The notes beneath the pieces were generated by a model. The model searched no databases. It was given only the letters and a program-made list of their open reading frames with translations, and was not told the origin of the DNA. Of a stretch of DNA of 57,440 nucleotides, positions 25,706-33,897 are shown in pieces; position 1 is the stretch's first letter, and each line of letters starts with the position of its first letter. This DNA comes from Clostridia bacterium (GTDB taxonomy: Bacteria > Bacillota > Clostridia > Oscillospirales > CAG-272): NCBI GenBank assembly GCA_017628755.1, contig JAGBYM010000025.1:1-57440 (forward strand), read 5' to 3'. The translations under genes and the position numbers were made by a program.

Positions 25706-27193
25706 ATGAAAAAGATTCTTGCGCTTATACTGGCGGTCTTTATGCTTCTCCCCGCGGCTGTTGCCTGCTCCGAGACCCAGGACCCCGGCACAGAAACCGA
25801 AAACAATTCCGCATCCACCACCGCACCCGTTGCAGACGAGGGTACAGAAGACCTCTATGACGAGGACGGATTCCTCAAGAGCGACCTCCCCGAGCTCGAC
25901 TTCGGCGGTGAGACCGTCACCGTTCTCTACTGGAGCGACGTTGAAATGCAGGAATACGAGGCTGAAGAGATCAACTCGATCCTCGTAAACGACGCGATCT
26001 ACAGGAGAAACGCTAACGTGGAAAAGACTCTCAACATTGAGTTCGAGTGGCTCTCCACCCCGGGCAACAACGGCAAGACCAACGAGTTTGTTACCTACGT
26101 CGGCAATATCTACAGCGGCGGCGATACAAATCTCGACCTCATCTCGGCTTACTCGAGAACCACAGCGATCTGCGCTATCGAAGGCTACTGCGCCGATATG
26201 GCGGATCTCCCCTACCTCAATTTTGATATGCCTTGGTGGCCCGCAAGTCTCCTTGACGTCGTTTCTATCGGCGACAGCGTCTATTTTGCATCGGGCGACG
26301 CTTCGGTAAACGTGCTTCACCTTATGTACGCAATCTACTTCAACAAGGATCTCATTGAAGAGTATAAGCTCGAAAACCCCATCGAACTCGTTCGAAATGA
26401 CCAGTGGACTCTCGATAAGCTTATCGAGATGACCAAGGATTCATACCAGGACCTCGATGCGAACGGTAAAGAGGACGTAAACGACTTCTTCGGACTCGTT
26501 GGCGCAAGCTGGGGCTTTGACGCATTCTACACCGGCTCCGATCTCCGCCTTGTTGAGCAGGATGCCGACAAGCTTCTTGTGATCTCCGAGGACTTCTACG
26601 GTCAGAAGGCAGTAGACCTCTGCACCAAGCTCGGTCAGTGGAACCAGACCGGTGACTGCTACATTGATGACTCCTACCATCAGGATCCCTTCGTAGAGGG
26701 CAGATCTATCTTCATTCAGGACCGCTGCCATCTTGCAGACAAGAGACTCGTCGGTCTGGTTGACTTTACTTACAGCATCGTTCCCACTCCCCTTTATAAC
26801 GCCGATCAGGAAGACTTCATCTCTGTTGTCGGCAACCCCTTCTCGCTTTACGCTCTCTTCTCTGCAAGCGAGGACCTTGACCGCGCAGCCGCAGTTCTCG
26901 AATGCTGGGCAAGCGAGGCTTACAGAACCACCACTCCCGCGCAGTTCGAAATGAACATGAAGCTCCGTTACTCCGAGTCCTCCGACGAAGCGGATATGTA
27001 CAACATCATCCGTAATACCGTATGCTTCGACCTCGGCAGACTCTTCAATAACAGACTTAACAAGATTACCGATATCTTCTACAAAGCCGCTATTGAGAAC
27101 CAGAACTTCGCTATGATTAGCAAGGCTCAGTCAAGAGCACTCAACCACGGAATTGAAGGGGTCGTTGAGGCGTTTAAGGAACTGACGGAGTAA
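25706..27193 (+). CDS. Extracellular solute-binding lipoprotein (ABC-transporter family-1 SBP, large LplA-like type), without adjacent permease genes
   Basis: RBS GGAGG. Lipobox LPAAVAC. Thr/Glu-rich linker. 495 aa of typical SBP-like composition. Confidence 0.65.
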   Translation: MKKILALILAVFMLLPAAVACSETQDPGTETENNSASTTAPVADEGTEDLYDEDGFLKSDLPELDFGGETVTVLYWSDVEMQEYEAEEINSILVNDAIYRRNANVEKTLNIEFEWLSTPGNNGKTNEFVTYVGNIYSGGDTNLDLISAYSRTTAICAIEGYCADMADLPYLNFDMPWWPASLLDVVSIGDSVYFASGDASVNVLHLMYAIYFNKDLIEEYKLENPIELVRNDQWTLDKLIEMTKDSYQDLDANGKEDVNDFFGLVGASWGFDAFYTGSDLRLVEQDADKLLVISEDFYGQKAVDLCTKLGQWNQTGDCYIDDSYHQDPFVEGRSIFIQDRCHLADKRLVGLVDFTYSIVPTPLYNADQEDFISVVGNPFSLYALFSASEDLDRAAAVLECWASEAYRTTTPAQFEMNMKLRYSESSDEADMYNIIRNTVCFDLGRLFNNRLNKITDIFYKAAIENQNFAMISKAQSRALNHGIEGVVEAFKELTE

Positions 27194-27270
27194 AGAGCGA
27201 TCAGAAAGATGCGGGCGAATATTTTTGTGCCGCACTTCAAGAACCCTCGTATTTACAAAACTAAAAATCA

Positions 27271-27313
27271 AAGAACTCGGATATTGAAGCAAATTCTCAA
27301 TATCCGAGTTCTT
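27271..27313. terminator. Bidirectional terminator hairpin between convergent genes
   Basis: A 17-bp perfect stem, AAGAACTCGGATATTGA (27271-27287) / TCAATATCCGAGTTCTT (27297-27313). The stem core CTCGGATAT/ATATCCGAG recurs at 50266-50297. Confidence 0.75.
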
Positions 27314-27335
27314 ATTATTAAATTATGCTGATAAA

Positions 27336-28727
27336 TTAAAACTGGAAATATACGAAGGGGTGCTCTCCGGTAAAGCCGAGGCAGAGGATCAAACCTATTT
27401 CAATAAACAGAACCGTCAGACCCGGCACCGTGTTCAGATCAAACAGCGGATAAAAGCCGTTGACCGATGCTTCGTTGTTCTTCTTTGAACGGTACATTGC
27501 CACAGCCGAAGCCGATACGACCGCGGCAATTGCGACGAACGACCAGGAGAAAGGCTGTATTATTCCGCTTTGGAAAGTGAATATGCCTTTTATCACCTGC
27601 CACGCGACGGCAAAGTTTTCCGCCCTGAAAAAGATCCACAGGAAGGAGACAAACGAGAAGGTAACAAGGATTCCCGCAGCTCTTCCGATCCTCTTTTCGG
27701 ATAGCTTTTTCGGGAGCACTTTATCAATACACAGCGCAAGTCCGTGCATTGCGCCCCAGACGATAAAGGTCCAATTTGCGCCGTGCCAAAGACCGCCGAG
27801 AAGCATCGTGATAAAAAGATTAAGATACTGGCGCGCCTTTCCCTTTCGGTTTCCTCCAAGAGGAATATAAAGATATTCTCTGAGCCAGCTCGAAAGACTT
27901 ATATGCCATCTGCGCCAGAATACGGTTACGTTATGGGCAAGGTACGGCAGATTGAAATTGACGCTGAAATCATATCCGAAGCATTTTGCGCATCCGATAG
28001 CAATATCCGAATAACCCGAAAAATCGAAGTATATCTGGATCGAATAGGAAATAACCGCCAGAACGATAGAAAGCCAATGGAACTCCGAAGGCATCAGAAA
28101 TACGTCGTCCACAAAGACGGAAAGATGATCGGCGATAACGGTTTTTTTCAAAAATCCGAAAACCATCAGCTGTATGCCGCATTCCAGATTTTTAAGCGTT
28201 ATCCTTCTGTCCTCGTCAAGCTGAGGCAGGAATTCTGATGCTTTTACGATAGGACCCGCCACAAGCTGCGGGAAGAAGCTGATATACAAAGCAAGTCTTA
28301 TGAAGCTTTTCTCCGCCTTGATCAGCCCTCTTTTAACGTCAATAACGTAGCTCAATGCCTGGAAGGTATAAAAGGAAATACCGACAGGGAGAATTATATT
28401 CAATACTCCCATCTTTCCCCCGACCAATACGGAAAAGGAGGAGAGGAAGAAATTGAAATACTTAAAGAAGCCCAATACCGCCAAGGGTATCACAATGCCT
28501 GTTACAAGCGCGGCTTTTTTATGTACGAACAGTGCGGTAAGATAGGCAAAAAAGGTAACCGCCAACAACAAAAACATAAAGCGCCAATCCCAGTATCCGT
28601 AAAAGAAATAGCTGGCAATAAGCAGAAATACTTCTTTGTATATTTTGTTTTTGAACCTCTGAAGAACCAAGGTTACCGAAAAGACAACAAAAAAGAATAT
28701 CAAAAATTCGAGTGAAGCAAATGACAT
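27336..28727 (-). CDS. MBOAT-family membrane O-acyltransferase (AlgI/DltB/PatA-like)
   Basis: Start set at the ATG at 28727 (MSFASLEFLIFFF), which overlaps the upstream stop as TAATG and is preceded by AGGGGAG. Conserved YIPLGGNRKG...GGLWHGANWTFIVWG with the catalytic His. Confidence 0.88.
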   Translation of the reverse strand: MSFASLEFLIFFFVVFSVTLVLQRFKNKIYKEVFLLIASYFFYGYWDWRFMFLLLAVTFFAYLTALFVHKKAALVTGIVIPLAVLGFFKYFNFFLSSFSVLVGGKMGVLNIILPVGISFYTFQALSYVIDVKRGLIKAEKSFIRLALYISFFPQLVAGPIVKASEFLPQLDEDRRITLKNLECGIQLMVFGFLKKTVIADHLSVFVDDVFLMPSEFHWLSIVLAVISYSIQIYFDFSGYSDIAIGCAKCFGYDFSVNFNLPYLAHNVTVFWRRWHISLSSWLREYLYIPLGGNRKGKARQYLNLFITMLLGGLWHGANWTFIVWGAMHGLALCIDKVLPKKLSEKRIGRAAGILVTFSFVSFLWIFFRAENFAVAWQVIKGIFTFQSGIIQPFSWSFVAIAAVVSASAVAMYRSKKNNEASVNGFYPLFDLNTVPGLTVLFIEIGLILCLGFTGEHPFVYFQF

Positions 28728-29710
28728 TAATTTTCTCCCCTCATAATTTTGCAAAGTTCCTCGGCAATCATACGGTGTCCGTGCTTATTCAAATGTCCCG
28801 CGCCAACCGAAGTATTTGAAAACCCGTGCGGCAAGATATAGCTGTTGCTGTATTCTTCCGCAAAACGCTCCGACATATCCGCAAATTCAATTCCGACCTC
28901 GCGGCAAGTCTCGGAGAAAAAATCTCTGAGATCGGTGTCGTTACCGAAGGATATACCCGTTTCGGGGTCAATATACATATTGGATTGATACAGAATAATC
29001 AGCTTCACTCCGTATTCGGATGCGGTTTTTGAAAGCTTATTCAAAAGCTCGGAATACAGTTCCGTATTTGCCTCGGGCTTGACCGTAGCGCCGCTCCCCT
29101 CATCCGGAGCTTCAAGCCAATTTGAAAGCTGAGAATATAAAAGTCTGAGCAGCTGATTCTTTTGCAGAAGTCCAATAATTCCGCCGGAATGAGACTCGAG
29201 CTCTTCCGCTTCGCCTTCAATTACCTTACGGACGTCTTCATCGGGGAACAAAAGCGCGGAGGTTTCTATAACCGCGTACTTCTGCGGTCTGTATTTTTCA
29301 AGAGCAGCTTCAAGATTATCCGAACAGGTCAGGAAGGTATGTCCCGATACTCCGATATTGTACACCACCTCATCACCAAGCAACGAACTCAGCTGAGAAG
29401 CGGTCGAATCCTCCATAGCGACGTTATACGCCTCCATATGCGAGGATCCCATGATCAGAACGTCAACGTTCATTCCTTCGGAATAATCCACGGGATTCAG
29501 ATAGCCTTCATTATTGGTCCTTCCCCACGCAAATCCTTCCGTTCCTCGGGAATAAAACTTTTTGTGCTCCCAGGAATAATCGGTCGCGCCTGATGCGTCG
29601 GTTGAATGAACGGGGATATTGTAATACAAAAAGCAAAAGAGAGTGAGAACTACCAGAGCAATACATCCGCTGACAAATGCTTTTGATAACCATTTAAACG
29701 TTTTAGGCAA
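28727..29710 (-). CDS. Membrane-anchored SGNH-like partner of the MBOAT (AlgJ/PatB-type O-acyltransferase component)
   Basis: TTG start 7 nt after AAAGGAGGG. N-terminal TM. LIMGSSHMEAYN (block I-like Ser) and a C-terminal GAGHLNKHGH. Translationally coupled to the MBOAT gene. Confidence 0.65.
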   Translation of the reverse strand: MPKTFKWLSKAFVSGCIALVVLTLFCFLYYNIPVHSTDASGATDYSWEHKKFYSRGTEGFAWGRTNNEGYLNPVDYSEGMNVDVLIMGSSHMEAYNVAMEDSTASQLSSLLGDEVVYNIGVSGHTFLTCSDNLEAALEKYRPQKYAVIETSALLFPDEDVRKVIEGEAEELESHSGGIIGLLQKNQLLRLLYSQLSNWLEAPDEGSGATVKPEANTELYSELLNKLSKTASEYGVKLIILYQSNMYIDPETGISFGNDTDLRDFFSETCREVGIEFADMSERFAEEYSNSYILPHGFSNTSVGAGHLNKHGHRMIAEELCKIMRGEN

Positions 29711-29783
29711 TTTTTGACCCTCCTTTCCTTTGCGTCAAAAAAGCAATTAATAATTTGTTTTAAAGCGGGATATTTTGCGGCGA

Positions 29784-31001
29784 TCAAAAGAGCTTGTACT
29801 TGCCGTCAGCAGACTTTCTCTGCTCGATGCCCGCGGTGAAATCGGGGAAGGAGACGGGCGCGCCGCCGTTCTTTATCGACTGCTCGGAGAGAGGCGTTAC
29901 CGCCATCATAATTGCGGAATCGTAGACGTCGATCGGCATAGGATCTCCGTTTCTTACCGCCTGAACGAAGGAATCGATAACGAGGAAGTCCATTCCGCCG
30001 TGACCCTTCTTGATTCCGGCGTCGAGGTAATCGCGCCAGAGCTTCGGCATATACTTTTCCTCGTATTTCTCATAGTTGCCCCAGAAATTCTTCCACTTGA
30101 AGTGATCGGATTCCTTATGGTCGGCGTCGCTGTAGACAGACATATTCTCCTGCGAGAACCAGCCCTTTGTACCGTGGATCTCAAGTCCGCGGGAATAGGG
30201 ACGGGGGAGAGTTGTATCGAGAGTCAGACGGACGATCTGTCCGAACTCGGTGGTAAGAATGGTGGTTACGATGTCGCCCTGTGCCCACTTGCCGTCGGCG
30301 TAGGTCTGATCGCGGTCGGGATGGTTCCTGATATACGTATCGAGTCCCGCGCTCTTGGAAGAGAACGAGGAAAGACTTACGAACTTATTGCCGTGACCGA
30401 TTCCGAGAAGAACGTTGAGCGGGCCAAGCTCGTGGGTGGGATAGTTTTCACAGTTACGGTTACGGTAGTTGCGGTGACGGTAGTGACGGTTTACAAGACC
30501 CATCGAAACCTCCTCGCGCAGGTCGTGGTTATAGCCGCCGCAAAGCTGAACGATCTCACCGAAGAAGCCGTCATCATTCATCGCGTAAAGAGTCTGCTCG
30601 ACTCTGCCGTAACAGCAGTTTTCAAGCATCATCGCGGGAGTTCCGGTCTCGCGGTGAGCCTCGCAGAGCTGAATGCATTCGTCGATGGTGTAAGCACCGC
30701 CGACCTCAAAGGCAACCGGCTTCTTTGCTCTCATAGAAGCAACTGCCGCGGGAACGTGATTTTCCCAAGCCGAGAAGACGAAAACCATCTCAACATCGGG
30801 GGAAGCGATGAGCTCCTCATAGTTCAGATAGATTTTGGGATCGTGTCCGAGGGGAGCAACCTTTTCCTTCATATCATCGCATCTGTCCTGATATTCATCG
30901 CAGATAGCGGTGATCGCGCAGTTTTCGTGCTCGGCAACGAGCATACTCATACCCTTGCCTCGGTTTCCGAGGCCGATAATACCAACCTTGATCTTTTCCA
31001 T
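29784..31001 (-). CDS. Gfo/Idh/MocA-family NAD-dependent oxidoreductase (GH109-like size and layout)
   Basis: The ATG at 31001 is preceded by GGAG. Rossmann motif KVGIIGLGNRGKG. About 405 aa. Confidence 0.7.
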   Translation of the reverse strand: MEKIKVGIIGLGNRGKGMSMLVAEHENCAITAICDEYQDRCDDMKEKVAPLGHDPKIYLNYEELIASPDVEMVFVFSAWENHVPAAVASMRAKKPVAFEVGGAYTIDECIQLCEAHRETGTPAMMLENCCYGRVEQTLYAMNDDGFFGEIVQLCGGYNHDLREEVSMGLVNRHYRHRNYRNRNCENYPTHELGPLNVLLGIGHGNKFVSLSSFSSKSAGLDTYIRNHPDRDQTYADGKWAQGDIVTTILTTEFGQIVRLTLDTTLPRPYSRGLEIHGTKGWFSQENMSVYSDADHKESDHFKWKNFWGNYEKYEEKYMPKLWRDYLDAGIKKGHGGMDFLVIDSFVQAVRNGDPMPIDVYDSAIMMAVTPLSEQSIKNGGAPVSFPDFTAGIEQRKSADGKYKLF

Positions 31002-31005
31002 TGTT

Positions 31006-32049
31006 TTATACTCCAAGATACATCAAAATAAGCTCGACCGTTGCAACAAGTGCATCGGCGTGGGTGCGCTCCATACCGTGAGAAGCGTGAACGCCGGGGC
31101 CGATCAGCGCACCGGGAACGTCGTGTCCCGCACGCCACATAGCTCCTACGTCGGAGCCGTAATAGGGATAGAGATCGACGCAGTAAGGAAGCTCTGCCGC
31201 CTTTGCCATCTCGATGAGCTTTGACGTCAGCTCGTAGTCATAGGGACCGCCCGCGTCCTTGGCGCAGATCGAAAGGGTGTGCTCGTCGCACTTGAGGTCC
31301 TTGCCGATGCATCCCATGTCAACAGCAAGCATGGATTCGAGTCCCGCGGGAACGAACGCCGCACCGTGACCAACCTCCTCGTACATCGAAACGAGGAATT
31401 TGATATCCTTTTCGGGTACGATTCCCGCGTCCTTCATGATCTTGAAGGCGGTGAGGATGCAGGCAACGCTTGCCTTGTCGTCGATAAAGCGGGATTTGAG
31501 ATAACCGCTTTCGGTAATGACAGTCTTGGGATCGAAGCAGATGTAGTCGCCGTTTTCAATGCCGAGCGCACGGGTGTCTGCGGCGCACTTTACGTTCTCG
31601 TCGAGGCGGACGTACATGTTGTCCGCATCACGCGAGCGGCTGCGTGCATCCGAATATACGTGAACCGAGGGAGAGCGGGAAAGGATGGTACCCGTGTATC
31701 TCTTGCCCTCGCGGGTGATGACAAAGCAGTATTCGCCGTCAAGAGAGTTGCAAAGAACTCCACCGACGGGAGCAAAGTTGAGGTTGCCGTTTCCGTCGAT
31801 CGAGCGAACCATAGCGCCGAGAGTATCGCAATGCGCGGCAACGCCGAGCGCAGAATCGTGGCTCTTGCCCTCATAGGTCATCAAGAAACAGCTCTTTTTG
31901 GTAGCCTCAAGAGAGAGCCCCTGCTCGGATGCAATATCAGCAAGAAGCGACGCGATCTCGCGCGAGTATCCGCTCGGCGAGGGCACATCCATAAGACGCT
32001 TTACGGTCTCAAAACAGTATGATAAGTATTTTTCTCTGTCGAATTTCAT
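31006..32049 (-). CDS. M42-family metallopeptidase (glutamyl aminopeptidase / FrvX-CelM-like)
   Basis: MKFDREKYLSYCFETVKRLMDVPSPSGYS, AAHCDTLGAMV, EEVGHGAA. 347 aa. Confidence 0.8.
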   Translation of the reverse strand: MKFDREKYLSYCFETVKRLMDVPSPSGYSREIASLLADIASEQGLSLEATKKSCFLMTYEGKSHDSALGVAAHCDTLGAMVRSIDGNGNLNFAPVGGVLCNSLDGEYCFVITREGKRYTGTILSRSPSVHVYSDARSRSRDADNMYVRLDENVKCAADTRALGIENGDYICFDPKTVITESGYLKSRFIDDKASVACILTAFKIMKDAGIVPEKDIKFLVSMYEEVGHGAAFVPAGLESMLAVDMGCIGKDLKCDEHTLSICAKDAGGPYDYELTSKLIEMAKAAELPYCVDLYPYYGSDVGAMWRAGHDVPGALIGPGVHASHGMERTHADALVATVELILMYLGV

Positions 32050-32099
32050 TGTATTTTCCTTTCTTTTGAGAAAAGTGTGTTATTATTAAGAGTCTATAG

Positions 32100-32362
32100 A
32101 TTTAATCAAACTTGGCGGATAGAGATATAATTCGCAAAAATCCCGCAGTTGCGCATTCTCCTTCCACCACTTCCGTGGTCCCCCTCCCTCCCGGAGGGAG
32201 GCAAGGAGTATGTGCGAACACCGTTTGTTTTTCTATGGCGTCTATATGATTATTATTTTGAAAAGCTGTGTTCGCACTCGCAATCTCGGCTCCCTCTGAG
32301 GAGGGAGCTGTCGCGAAGCGACTGAGGGAGAGATTGAAAAATTTCTAAATATCGTAGCGAGG
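32100..32362 (-). repeat. Field of heterogeneous GC-rich short hairpins adjoining array copy C
   Basis: ACCAC-TTCC-GTGGT (32166-32179). CCTCCCT-CCCGG-AGGGAGG (32183-32201). GTGCGAACAC (32212-32221) / GTGTTCGCAC (32268-32277). GCTCCCTC-TGAG-GAGGGAGC (32289-32308). GTCGC-GAA-GCGAC (32310-32322). Confidence 0.75.
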
Positions 32363-32456
32363 AAATTCACCTTCATTTTGCCGTAGGCAAATTATCATTC
32401 CGCCATAGGCGGATTACCATTCGGCGTAGCCGATTATCATTCACGCGAAGCGTGAT
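32363..32456 (-). repeat. Mini-hairpin array, copy C (reverse orientation on the + strand; co-directional with tcdA)
   Basis: + strand reads GAAATTCACCTTCATT, then TTTGCC-GTA-GGCAAA (32377-32391), TCCGCC-ATA-GGCGGA (32399-32413), TCGGC-GTA-GCCGA (32421-32433) and TCACGC-GAA-GCGTGA (32441-32455), with ATTA(T/C)CATT spacers. Confidence 0.85.
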
Positions 32457-33148
32457 AAGTTTCTTATAATGTGTCCCGCCATTATAAGTCCCACTGCGCC
32501 GGGAACAAATGACAGGCTTCCGGGAATATTCCTTCCGTTTTCGGCGCCGAGTCCCTGCGCCTTGATCGGTTCTTCGTCCGACCAGACAACGTCGAGCTTC
32601 CCCACGCCCTTTTCCTTCATCTTCTTGCGCATTATCTTCGCAAGCGGGCAGACGCTCGTTTTGCTTATATCGGATATGCGGAAACGCTCGGGGTAGAGCT
32701 TGTTGCCCGCACCCATAGAGGCGATCACTGGCACTCCCGCCGCATCGGCGCGGCATATAAGCTCAACCTTCGCCGCAACCGTGTCAACGGCATCGGCAAT
32801 GAAATCAAATTGCGAGAGGTCGATCTCATCGGCGTTTTCGGGCAGATAGAAGAGGTTGATTGCGTGCACCTTGCATTCGGGATTGATCGAAAGAATGCGC
32901 TCCGCCATGATCTCGGCTTTCGATCTGCCGACGGTGTCCTGCGTTGCGATTATCTGGCGGTTTACGTTGGAAGCAGAGACCGTGTCACCGTCAATGACGG
33001 TCAGCTCACCGACTCCCGCGCGCGCCAAAGCCTCGCAAAGATGTCCACCAACGCCGCCGAGTCCGAAGACCGCAACGTGCGAGTTACGTAATCTTTCCAC
33101 ACCACCGTCACCAAGCAACGCCCGCGTGCGTGTATCGTCAAGTTGCAT
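32441..33148 (-). CDS. tcdA: tRNA threonylcarbamoyladenosine dehydratase (ThiF/MoeB-fold, TcdA/CsdL)
   Basis: VAVFGLGGVGGHLCEALARAGVGELTVIDGDTVSASNVNRQ. 235 aa. The last 5 codons and the stop are supplied by hairpin unit 32441-32455. Confidence 0.85.
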   Translation of the reverse strand: MQLDDTRTRALLGDGGVERLRNSHVAVFGLGGVGGHLCEALARAGVGELTVIDGDTVSASNVNRQIIATQDTVGRSKAEIMAERILSINPECKVHAINLFYLPENADEIDLSQFDFIADAVDTVAAKVELICRADAAGVPVIASMGAGNKLYPERFRISDISKTSVCPLAKIMRKKMKEKGVGKLDVVWSDEEPIKAQGLGAENGRNIPGSLSFVPGAVGLIMAGHIIRNLSRFA

Positions 33149-33261
33149 TCAATCCACCGCCTCTCATTTTGCATTTTGCAGTTATTGCTATAATTCTATC
33201 ACAATTCCCTAAAATATGCAATAGAAAAATCAAAAGAGCCCGGTAATCTGCCAAAAAAATC

Positions 33262-33290
33262 TTTACAAGAGGAAAAAAATAGTGTATAAT
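33262..33290 (+). promoter_or_regulatory. Sigma-70-type promoter with extended -10
   Basis: TTTACA (33262-33267), 17-nt spacer ending TG, TATAAT (33285-33290). Confidence 0.6.
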
Positions 33291-33330
33291 TATTCTGTAT
33301 AAATATAAAATAATGTTTTGAGGTGATATT

Positions 33331-33882
33331 TTGCAAAATTTTGATATGACAGAAAAAAGGCTTGACGGATCGGAAGTATATTCGGGCAAGATACTGCACG
33401 TAATGGTTGACCGCGTTGAGCTTCCCGACGGCAAGGAGGCAACGCGCGAGTACGTCGGACATCCCGGCGCGGTATGCGTCGTTCCGATCAACGAACGAGG
33501 CGAGGTTCTCTGCGTCCGCCAGTTCCGCTACACGCACGGGCGCGTCTTCCTCGAGATTCCCGCGGGCAAGCTTGAGATCGGCGAGACCGACCGCGCCGCG
33601 GCGGCTCTGCGCGAGCTCCGCGAGGAAACAGGTGCGCGCTGTGAAAGCCTGACCTTCATCGGCGACTTCATCCCCTCTCCCGCGATACTCGGCGAGGTGA
33701 TCTCTATGTATATCGCCGAGGGCCTTTCTATGGGTGATACCGATCCCGATGACGATGAATTCATCGACATTGAGGCAATCCCGCTCGATAAACTTGCCGA
33801 GATGTGTGTCTCGGGCGAGATCGCCGACGGCAAAACCATCGCCGCAGTTCTTAAAGCGAAATATATTTTGGATAAAAGATAA
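33331..33882 (+). CDS. NUDIX hydrolase (ADP-ribose pyrophosphatase-like)
   Basis: Nudix box GKLEIGETDRAAAALRELREETG. The TTG at 33331 is 4 nt after GAGGTGA; an alternative start is the ATG at 33346. Confidence 0.85.
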   Translation: MQNFDMTEKRLDGSEVYSGKILHVMVDRVELPDGKEATREYVGHPGAVCVVPINERGEVLCVRQFRYTHGRVFLEIPAGKLEIGETDRAAAALRELREETGARCESLTFIGDFIPSPAILGEVISMYIAEGLSMGDTDPDDDEFIDIEAIPLDKLAEMCVSGEIADGKTIAAVLKAKYILDKR

Positions 33883-33897
33883 TAAAGGAGTTAAAAA

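Noticed and set aside
27271-27313. Possible repeat family linking the terminator stems CTCGGATAT...ATATCCGAG at 27275-27310 and 50266-50297.
   Set aside because: Only ~9 bp of stem are shared, and the loops and flanks differ. This may be chance or a distant relation, and two copies are insufficient evidence.
32210-32299. 29-aa ORF (MCEHRLFFYGVYMIIILKSCVRTRNLGSL) preceded by AAGGAG.
   Set aside because: The AAGGAG is only 1 nt from the ATG, which is too close. The AAGGAG is part of a hairpin flank, and the ORF spans the two arms of the 32212/32268 inverted repeat.
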